In this document: piece by piece, positions 1 through 9,399 of the stretch
Position numbering within the stretch: the first letter of the stretch is position 1
How the letters are laid out: each line of letters opens with the position of its first letter
Notes under the pieces: model-generated
The model's input: only the letters and a program-made list of their open reading frames with translations
What the model was told of the DNA's origin: nothing
The model's database searches: none
NCBI RefSeq assembly: GCF_000315625.1
Contig: NW_005434616.1
Location: 248,001 to 311,971 of the forward strand
Reading direction: 5' to 3'
Source of the DNA: Guillardia theta CCMP2712
Lineage: Eukaryota; Protista; Cryptophyta
Length of the DNA: 63,971 bases
Translations under genes and position numbers: made by a program

Positions 1-130
1 AGGGCCAGGGCCCGGGCGCAGCGGCCGGGCCGCCTCGGCCCGGCAGCCACTGGGCAGCCTGGGCAGCCAGCCCGGCTGCCGCAGTGCAGCCCGGCAGCTG
101 GCAGCCCGGCCGATCCGCTCGGACTCCCCA
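1..130. promoter_or_regulatory. GC-rich GGGCCC/CAGCC island upstream of the DHHC gene (truncated by window edge)
   Basis: Very GC-rich non-coding tract with gggccc, gcccgg and gcagcc words, about 110 bp before the ATG at 243. Same vocabulary as the islands at 3.3-3.9, 12.9 and 30.95 kb. Confidence 0.45.
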
Positions 131-242
131 TCATCCGTGGTTTCATCTCCCCCCCTGCTGCGACTGCCAGGCCAAGACGGGGAAGAATGTTGAGACAGTG
201 ATGGGGCGAGCGATATAAAGGGGAAGAGAACAACAGACTCCA

Positions 243-1328
243 ATGCTCTCTGAAGCATGGGCTAGGGACCAAAAGCGGAGGAAGCAGCAATCAAACTGCT
301 TTCTTGAGTACCAGAAGGAAGATGGCGAACGAGTTCACTTGCTGTTCAAAGCCTGCGATCTCTTGTGTGAGTTCTCACGTCAGTTTGACGAGATTGTAAA
401 TGAGTGTCTTGAGAAGGGATGTTCAAGGTCGTGCATCAGGTATCCCTCTGCTGGCTTCCTCTTCTCGGCGTTGATATGTGTCCTCGTGCTTATTTCCGCA
501 TATTCAAACTTGGCATTAGCATCGTTGGAGATACTTGTTGGGTTTCCTTTCCTCATGTCTCTTAACTATTCTAGGATAGTCCGAACTTCACAAGAGATGA
601 GCTCCTTACTTGTGACTGGCTGTTTCTGTGTCGTGATGTCGTGCTTGGTTTGGATTTGGATGAGTTTTCAGGTCGGGTCGCTCATGCTTGGTTTGCTCGC
701 TGTGATTCCTTGCTTCCTCCTCTTCCTCATATTCTACTGCAAACGTTTGTCTACACAGCCAAAAGTTGCGAATGAAGACGAAAATACGATTTACAGGAGC
801 AAAATTTGCAGTTGGTGTGGATTGAGGAGACGCCGCTTTGACCATCATTGCATCTGGATTGATTGCTGTGTCTATGACAAAACTCACCGAACTTTCATTC
901 TTATTCTGATTGCTTCAATACTTTGCTCTTCTGCTTTCGTGGTCTTTGCGTTTTACTTCTCCAGTCAGCTTTTCCAGAATTCAGATTCGACAATAGTGAA
1001 TTTGGCCGGCATGCTGCATTTGAAACACCCGTTCGTTTTTGCTACCATGCTGATCAATTTTGTATTCGGAGGCGTTGTCTTTATAATCCTGTCGATGCAA
1101 ATATTCTGTATAGCTCAGAATCTCACTGTCAACGAGTTGTTCAATCACAATCGTTACTTCATTATTGAGCATCGAGACAAGCCTGAAGATCGAGGGTATA
1201 CTGAATGTGCACTTGGTGAAAATGTCTGATCTGTTTTCAGGGTAAGGCGGAATGTATTTGGATTCATCGAAGGTTCTGTTCATGTATTCGGAGCAGTTTT
1301 GCCGAGTGACAAGGTTGAAGCTATGTAA
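243..1328 (+). CDS. DHHC-type protein S-palmitoyltransferase
   Basis: Cys-rich domain CSWC...FDHHCIWIDCCV...HRTF and several hydrophobic helices. A GT-AG intron at 1196-1240 restores the C-terminal DRG-VRRN...VEAM*. Start codon uncertain. Confidence 0.88.
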
Positions 1329-1389
1329 CATGATTCAATGAGTATTTGTAAATGTGCACATTTTACTCCACAAAGAGAATAATGGTAAC

Positions 1390-2484
1390 TTAAATCTTGA
1401 TGCCATCCGCAGGCTCAAACTTGGAGCCCAACTCAGAGAGCTTCTTGTGGGCATTAGCGTAGGACTTGAAGAATTCGTCCTGGCTGTCCCTGAACTTCTC
1501 AGCGAAGGGACGGAAGCCCTCGTCGTCGAAGAGGGTCTTGTCGGTGGACAGCTTCAAGAGCTCAGGATCAGCTGACTTGTTGGGGATGGTGGTAAAGTAC
1601 GAGTTGTCGAACTTGAGCCACTTCTCAGTCCAGCTCGATCCACCAGTTCTACCGATTCCAGCCTTGCCATCAGCACGGGCAACCTGGCTGCCATCAGTGA
1701 ATTTAGTCTTCTCTGCTCCGAGTCCAGAGCGATCCTTGAAGGCACGGCCAAGGGTGTGGGCGCCAGAGAGAGCGACGATCTCCTCATCGTTCAATCCCAT
1801 ACGGTAGAAGACCTTGCGCAAGTGACCGTTGGGGGTAGTGTCCTCCGTGGGCTTGGTTCCGGAAGTACCTCCATACTTGCCGTTGGGTCCAGCCTCAGCA
1901 TCGGGGAGGTTGCCCTCGGGGGAGCAATCCTGGGGGCCGGCAGCATCGACACGACCGTACTTCATGTCGATCTTGGGACCTCCAGCAAGCTCAATGGCGC
2001 ATGCAGATGCCATCTGAAAGAGATCGGCATAGCTCACAGCTGGGAACTGCTTCTTGACGGGCTCAAGCATCTTGACAGCTCCGGCCAAGCCAGCGTTGGC
2101 TCCATGCTTGATCTCAGGCTCGAACCTGATGGATCCAATGGCGCCTCCTGCCTTGGGCCAATCCGCGTTGATGCTGGCATCAAAAGTACCAGAATCGTGC
2201 CAAGCGAGACGAACCATGATGGGATTGGCGTTGGTCTTATCGATGAGGTCCTCGATCATCTTCTTGGCTCCCTTGAGCTGCTCAGTCATCTCCTCCTTGG
2301 AAACGGAAGTTGCCATCCTCAAGGATACGGATCTCCTGAGGGAAGGGACTCTTGGCCTCTGCTGAGAGGTGCTGATAGCAGAGTGAGCCACATTCTTGCA
2401 AGAGGTGGTCAAGGGGGTTCCTGGAAGGATGTAGGCCTCCGCCACAGCAGCAGCAACAGCGATCAGAGCAGACTTTCGCAGCAT
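1390..2484 (-). CDS. APX: Plastid-targeted ascorbate peroxidase (class I heme peroxidase), intronless
   Basis: Distal RLAWHDSGT, proximal GAHTLGRA, DRSG and WT..WLKFDNSYF motifs. N-terminus MLRKSALIAVAAAVAEA-Y followed by a Ser/Thr/Arg-rich transit peptide. The true start is 2484, not 2679. Confidence 0.95.
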   Translation of the reverse strand: MLRKSALIAVAAAVAEAYILPGTPLTTSCKNVAHSAISTSQQRPRVPSLRRSVSLRMATSVSKEEMTEQLKGAKKMIEDLIDKTNANPIMVRLAWHDSGTFDASINADWPKAGGAIGSIRFEPEIKHGANAGLAGAVKMLEPVKKQFPAVSYADLFQMASACAIELAGGPKIDMKYGRVDAAGPQDCSPEGNLPDAEAGPNGKYGGTSGTKPTEDTTPNGHLRKVFYRMGLNDEEIVALSGAHTLGRAFKDRSGLGAEKTKFTDGSQVARADGKAGIGRTGGSSWTEKWLKFDNSYFTTIPNKSADPELLKLSTDKTLFDDEGFRPFAEKFRDSQDEFFKSYANAHKKLSELGSKFEPADGIKI

Positions 2485-2499
2485 GGCGCTAGCCGCGGA

Positions 2500-4480
2500 A
2501 TGGAATCCTACCCTTTTAAGCCCCTTCCCCTCGGCCACCCCTACCCCTAGTCTGACTCTGAACCCCCAATTCATTGGTTCAAGGACCGGGTTCATTCCAA
2601 TAGACCTACCTATGCGAAGCACCCTCCACGTCCTCCCACCCCTTCGTTTGGACAGGATCCACCCCACGATCCACCCCACCCACTGGATCCCCTCTATATA
2701 CCCTCTATTTTATAGTCATCCTACCCTACCCACCCACCTACCTGAGACATACACGCCTTATATATGGCCCTCCCCCAATCCAGCCTCCGCTTTCTACACG
2801 GAACACCACCTCCCACCCCCCTTTCTAGCTCTCAATACCCTCCGCTCGGACCCTAACGTGTTCTGTAGATGACCCCAACCCACTCGATCGTATCACACCC
2901 CCCCAAATCACATAAATTAAACCGGACTTTGAAGTAAACTCAGTCACCCCCACCCCTACTGAGGGACTATCTCCTCGAACCACGTCATCCACCTTCCACC
3001 GTCCTACACGCAAAGAGCGATTTTCAGGTGTTCATTTCTATGGTCTTCTCCAAATGATCAGTTGTTTGCTCTAAAATTTCAATTTTGTGGAAATATTTCA
3101 TTGGCAACACAATCATGAGCGTTCCTCTACTGCTGCTTTGGGGTCATGGGTCCGATCACCCCTACCCACCTTTTATCGTGTCAACATCCCTGTGTCTACC
3201 CCTACCCCCTCTTATGTGCTTGTCCCACACTCCCGGTTGTTCGGAAGTTCTAGAACTGTCACAGTAGAGAGAAGCCTCCGACGCGCAGCCTCACTTGAAG
3301 TCTCACAAGCAAGTTGGCCGACTAGCCTGGCAGGCACCCCGGACCGTCGACGGTCCCCCGGATGCCGCCGCTGTAAACTATCAGTAGGATTCACTCAGCA
3401 GTCAGTGCGGGGGCCCGGGCCCGGGCGGCGGGCGGGCGGCCCGCCCGGCCCGGGTGGGTGCCCGCCGCGGGCGGCGGGCGGCCGCCGGTGATCGGACGGT
3501 CGGACAGCGGCACTGCCAGCCGCAGGGCGGCGAGCGGCCCTTGCCGCACCCGGTACTACCCTGAACGTCTAGCCGCCCGTGACCGTACCGCGGCGTACCC
3601 GGTGGGCACCGTGGGCACGGTGGCATCGGATCAGTGCTCCTGACAGCTCAGAGGCACTGCATGATCATCAGGCGGCCACACGCCGGTTTCCGAGCCGCTG
3701 AGCTGTCCGAGTCTTGCCATGCACAGTAGCCCGCGGCCCGGTAGCGGCCGGGCCCCCGGGCCCGGCCCGGCCCTAACTTGCCGGGCGGTGCCGCAGTGAG
3801 GCTGGCATGCTGCCACGGGCCCAGTCAGTCATTACGAGGCCCCACTGTTGATGATGGCCCGGGCATGACGGGAGTCGAGTTTTTAGTAGTGACTCCGGGC
3901 ACGGTTCAGTAGCCCGGGCCCGGCCCAGGCCGCAGTAAACGCCCTGCCCCGCCGGTCTCTGAATTCAATATCGTTGGTGATCTTGTTTTTTTGTCACAGA
4001 TCTTTTTCTTTCATCAGCCGCTTCACGGCGGGAGGTTCAAAAGGCGGCGACTCCTTCATACCACCCCCAAGGATACCCCAAGTTTCTGACCCCTTGACCC
4101 GCTCAAGCACCGGTACTCATACTCCTTATTTTTCAACATGAGAATTTTATTAAAAAAAGTTACCCCTTTGACTTGCTAGGTTTTAAAACCCATGAAGTAC
4201 CCCCCTTTGAGACTGGAATTCACCCCTCCTTTCGGAGCTGTGCACCCCTGCAAATAACCTAATGTACCCCTTTGGTCCTCATCATCAAAAGCGTACCCCT
4301 ACCATGTATTAATCAGGCTTACTACCGGGTGGTAGGGGTAAAAACTTTATAGGAGCAAACGGGATCCCAAATGTTACGCCCGCAGACTCTCATTTCATGA
4401 CCACCCATCATTTCCCTACTGACTACCCCACTTGACATGGGGTCAACCCCCCACCATGTGAATAAAAGGATGCAAGGGTT
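2500..4480. promoter_or_regulatory. Composite intergenic island (ACCC tract / GC-palindrome core / TACCC tract) between divergent APX and RWP-RK genes
   Basis: 2500-3250 is dense in accc/taccc, about 3330-3950 is GC-rich with gggccc and cccggg, and 4050-4480 is dense in taccc/ggggt. No credible ORF. A regulatory role is inferred from position only. Confidence 0.5.
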
Positions 4481-4868
4481 CCCAAAGAGAGCAGAGGAAG
4501 TCGGTGGGCAGTGACCAGAGAAGCGGGAACGAGGGGAAGCTCTATGGTGGAGGAGATCATGTAAACATAGCAGACGAGTGATCCTGAGGAACAGAGGAGC
4601 CGGTGAGGGGGAGTTGGGAATACGAGGAGAACTTAATACTGGCAAACGCAGAACAGAGATTGTTCTAAGTATTGGATAAACTCCAGAAAGAGAGAATTTT
4701 CTGTTCACGGCGCAGGTAGACGAGACAGGGATTAGTAAGGATAGGAGACTAAAAGGTTGCGAAACTCGAGGGACATATTGTGTTGTTGCTGCACTATTGT
4801 TCCTGATATTTCTCAACATAGGTTCCGGAACAGAGCACACAAGTAATCCTTAGGAACGAGAAGAATAC

Positions 4869-5409
4869 ATGCATCCCCATTCATCTACCAAAACTGAAGT
4901 TGGCCCCTCCCCCGCAATTGTTTCTCGTTCGCGCGAGGCACATATATTTCCGCGAAGGAAGCATGGAGAAACAGAGAGGATTCATCGGGAGATCATTGTT
5001 GATCGCGCCACAATAGAGCGTCTGTCTTCCATCAAGCAATCCGACGCAGCAAAACAACTGGTAACCATCACCAAAACTTGTCGGATTCCCAGAGTGACAT
5101 GTGTTTCCACAGGGAATCTCCTTGACAGCTCTCAAATGTGCATGTCGTCGATTTGGTGTTTCAAGATGGCCGTATGCAAAGAGCAAAGATTCGAGCGAGA
5201 AGATAAACAAGACCTTTCTTCAAAATACTGGAGTTGATGATTTTGAGCGACATTCGCTTCATAGCACAACTGCTTACAGATTGGGCGCATTCGAAGTAGA
5301 CCATTCGCTGTTTCTTGAGACCAGCTTCAACAATACTTTTGATGATGCGTTGGAGTTTATCGAAGAAACTTTGTATTCACATCATTCTGGGCAGCAAAAC
5401 GAACACTGA
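4869..5409 (+). CDS. RWP-RK domain transcription factor
   Basis: Exons 4869-5060 and 5113-5409 (GT-AG intron 5061-5112) join to give KQSDAAKQL|GISLTALKCACRRFGVSRWPY. Confidence 0.92.
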
Positions 5410-5588
5410 TTGATTTTTTTCTGATTTATTCGTTGAAAAAGAGAATTTCTAGAATGCAACAGAACTCCGATTACAAGCGAGAACGTCATACTGTGACTAG
5501 TAATCTCCCCGTCAAGTATATGTAAATAGACACACAAAAAGATGATTTGGCCTGACCATGCAAAGTCGCACTTAATGTTTTCCAAACA

Positions 5589-6618
5589 TTAGACCTTGCA
5601 GCCTGATTGGCCTGTCTTGGAAATGTCGACCATCACTGAACCTTCGCCATCCACCTCAACGGAATAAACAGTTGCCGGAGAATGCTTGGGCCCACCCATC
5701 TGATTCACACGATTACGCTTAAGGAGTTGTTATGAAGCCATCTACACTCACATTCCCGACCACTCCCCCAATGATGCCTGTTCCTGGAATTCCAAGAAAG
5801 CTCTGACTCCAGGCAGCGCACTCTCCAGTCTTCAAGTTAAATTTGCTGCAAACACAATTAGAAACCATTTCTTCCACATCATCATAGTTTTGTTTTTTTG
5901 GCCAACACCTCTGGTGAAACTTGCAAGTGATGACTGGTCCTTGTCCATCGTCTGTGATCTTGCCCTAGACACAAGTTTCAAATGTTTCATGTTTCCAGCG
6001 TAAATGTCTGTTGGTTATCACCGACTTCAAACTGAGTCCAAGGTGAGGACACTTAGGATTGAGGGCATAGATTGTGTTCTCGTGGTTGACAAGGAGAACC
6101 TCTTGTTCGCCGACCTTGACCATCTTCTTCTCACCTAAAAAGATGGCATTTTCAACGACTATCGAACAAAGGTTTACTTTGAATCAGTTGACACTGTTTC
6201 AAGTGTGTCTTCAAGAGTTGAAGGAGTGGTAGGCGCCGAATAAAGCTTACCAGAAGGTATCTCATTGACCTTAGCAACCTACACCATGCAAGATCATACT
6301 GATATCAAATGGAGAATTATTTCTTTAGTATAACTTTGAACCACACATTTCACCATAATGAATGATACTATATTCCTCTTTGGTTCCTGGATCTATTTCC
6401 ATATTTCACACACAATTCGTGATTTCTTGTACTGATAAACCCATGAGAACAAACAGCAGACGAACAAGTATTCTCAAAATCATGGCACAAGTATCATACA
6501 TTCGTGAAGGACATAGAACCGAAAGAACCTCTGAACTCACCTTCGTCGATGCCATTCGCCTTCCTGCGCGATAAATCGCTCCGATAGGAGCTCCATTTGC
6601 CCTCAACAACTTCAGCAT
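5589..6618 (-). CDS. Rieske [2Fe-2S] ferredoxin-like protein, 6 exons
   Basis: Exons 6618/6555-6541, 6278-6251, 6134-6022, 5964-5909, 5845-5752 and 5699-5589, all GT-AG and in frame. Product MASTKVAKVNEIPSGEKKMVKVGEQEVLLVNHENTIYALNPKCPHLG...ITCKFHQSKFNLKTGEC contains both Rieske boxes (CxH, CxxH). Confidence 0.92.
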
Positions 6619-6659
6619 TCCAAGCGCCCTATCATCCACTACCCTTCTAGCAAACGTCG

Positions 6660-6875
6660 AATCATGTACCCTACCCATGATTTTCATTTTCTACCGGGTT
6701 ATTTCGTATGCATTTCGGTGGAATATATATGGACGCATTGAACCCCCACCCCACAGTATTGCACCCCCACCCCCTCTTTTGTATAAACCGATACAATTTG
6801 TCAGCAAATTGAAACGTTTCATTAAAAACAACATTTTAATTTTGTGGATCGCCGGGCCCGAGCCCGGTCGCTAGT
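6660..6875. promoter_or_regulatory. Short TACCC + GGGCCC island in the divergent Rieske/GT8 promoter
   Basis: gtaccctaccc, acccccacccc and gccgggcccgagcccgg within a head-to-head spacer of about 400 bp. Confidence 0.45.
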
Positions 6876-6912
6876 GCTGAGCAAAAATGGAATGAGGGAA
6901 ATCGAAAAAAGC

Positions 6913-7012
6913 GGGATGGGATGGGATGGGATGGAGACTCGACATGACATGACATGACATGACATGACATGACATGACACGATATGAGATGAGATAGGGT
7001 GAGATGAGATAG
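6913..7012. repeat. Compound pentanucleotide microsatellite (GGATG)/(GACAT)/(GAGAT)
   Basis: Directly visible tandem 5-mers just upstream of the GT8 start. Confidence 0.9.
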
Positions 7013-7028
7013 ATTCGTTCCAACATCA

Positions 7029-9047
7029 ATGTCTCAATATCTCATCATGAGACATCTTGCCGTGCTGAGTATTACTCTAATGGTGTGCTCAGCCAACATC
7101 GTCATCGAGCACCCTATCAATGGCTTCGAGACTCTGGACGATTTTGTGCTTGTTCAATTCACCACATCTTTATACTCGTTGCCAGACAGTGAAGATTATG
7201 ATCCCTTCTTCCTTCTGGACAACAACCCAATCAGAATCAGTCGGGAGATGTTTGACACTGGGACAGTGGAGATGCATGGGATAGACCTGGGCGGGCACAG
7301 AGTGAGGATGCTGGCAATAAACAGAAAGACGAGGAGGGAGATTTCCAGCAACGATATTGTTTTCTGGCGCGTCTCTTCACTCCCAGACGATCCCTTGACA
7401 GATTCTGACCCTTCCAAGTGGCTGGTATACGGAGACATGCTTCAGGGAGGCGTCATGGGCGATCGTGCCGAGCTCTTTCTTCAGCCTCGCGACCGATTCG
7501 GGAACAATGTCACCGCAAGGGAAGAGGTTGCTAGCCTGCACGTGGAGGTGGACCCTTTCCCAGTGGAGCAGAAGATGATTCTTGAGGAGACAGGACGGGT
7601 ACATGTGACGCTGCGGTGGAGACAAGTGAGAACATGCTTGCCGTCATTCTGCTTGTAAGTCGTTACCTCGCAGGTCGGGATGACAAGGATATCCATGAGG
7701 ATACAGCCGGACGTCCAAGTTGCTGCGAGTCCCTACGAAGTCTTTGTTGGGGAGACTTACCAAGTAGAGGTTGCTCAGTCCAAAGTTGCGCAGAATGAGG
7801 ATACTGAGCGAGAGAAGAGCAGGAAGGATCCGGTACCTGATCCGTCTTGTCACAGATACGCTTACGTGACAATTCTCACCAACGATGCTTTCTGCAAAGG
7901 AGTGTTGGTTATGCACTACACGCTCAAGCTCACCAACACGTCCTATCCTCTCATCTGCCTTGCAACTCAGCAAGTCTCCGAGGGTTGTCGTGAGCTCATC
8001 ACAGGAGTTGGGATGCGGCTGATCGATGTGCATGCGATCGCCAACCCGAACGCACATCACAAGCAGCATTTTCGTCATGTCTATTCGAAACTGCATGTCT
8101 TCGGACTCACCGATTTCGACAAGGTCTGTAACCTTTCAATGTTGTCGAGTCGTTGATTGAGTTGTGATCCAAAGGTCGTGTACCTTGATGCCGACATGCT
8201 CGTTCTGCGAAACATCGACCACCTTTTCCAGTATCCCTCCTTGTCTGCAGCCCCAGAGATAAACCCCCCAGCCCTGTTCAATTCCGGTGATTTCAATGCA
8301 TTGCCCGGTATGTCATGTCTTGACTGATCTTGTTAGGTCTTATGGTCTTGAAGCCTTCCCACACGCTTCTCCGCAAGCTCATGCAGCTTGCAGCTCTGAT
8401 TCCGTCCTATGACAAGACAGATCAAGGGCTCTTGAACGAGTTCTTTGCAGGTGAACGAAGCAAAACACCCCAGACAAAATCTAAAGGACTTGACAGGACG
8501 ATGGCACATGCTTCCTTATACCTACAACTTTCTCAAGGTCTTAACTGTCGTCCCTTCTCGCCTCTCTCTTTCCACATCGCCTTCTCTCTCATTGTCTTCA
8601 TGATCCTTCTCCCTCTCTTCGTTTCCTCGTGCTCATTGTGGTCACTCTCATTCTATCTCACTTTCAAGCGTACAGGACCGTGGGGCCTTGCCCGATCGCT
8701 TCGATGGTTTTGTCCAAAGAGACTTGTCGGAGGTTCACCTGAAATTCTTCCCAGCTTGTGTGACTTCTTGAGCAGGTGTATGTCGTTCACATGGTTGGAG
8801 AGAAACCATGGCACTGCAGGCGAGACCATGAATGCAACTCACAGGCTTGCTTGATGTTTCTTCATCACAGCTCTTGGTAACAAGACATGACAGGGTCGTT
8901 TGTCTGCTCAGCTTTGGAGCTTGTGGCTGGAATATTTCCACCAGATGTGCAAGGTGAGCTGGTGAGCTCGTTGCTGTGGACCTTGACATCTGTGTGTAGC
9001 GTTCCTCTCAAATGTTGAATTGCACCGATCGGTCAAAGCGCCTCTGA
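7029..9047 (+). CDS. Glycosyltransferase family 8 (glycogenin-like) with signal peptide and N-terminal Ig/filamin-like modules, multi-exon
   Basis: YAYVTILTND, KLHVFGLTDFDK|VVYLDAD (DxD), FNSG, DQGLLNEFF and HMVGEKPW motifs across GT-AG introns. Hydrophobic N-terminus. LQPRDRFGN is filamin-like. Confidence 0.88.
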
Positions 9048-9399
9048 TATCTTTGGCAATGGTTTGCAGGGGGTAAAATATGTATAGAACAACCTTAACA
9101 GTGAATTATCAACTGTGAGTTCCTTTGACACAACAATCAGATATTCTACAATGTTTAATATCTCTACAATCCAAATATTTTCTTTGCTCTGAAAAAAAAA
9201 GCTTAAAAAGTAGAAGGAAGCGAAACTCTTATTGCACCTGTCCTGAGAAAAGAGGGAGGAATTTCTAACACCCAAAACGTTCAAAAAACTGCAACGAAGA
9301 TTAGGATTCTTTGTCGAAAGGTACATGCAAGACAGCACAAATAGAAAGAGCAAGCGACGCAGCAAACTCATATTCTTACGTGTTGACATTTCCGTCGCC

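Noticed and set aside
2485-2679. N-terminal extension of the 429-aa APX ORF
   Set aside because: It is read-through into the ACCC island. The signal peptide starts at the ATG at 2484.
3087-3816. Several Gly/Pro/Arg-rich ORFs in the GC core
   Set aside because: Stop-poor GC-rich DNA, with no domain or splice logic.
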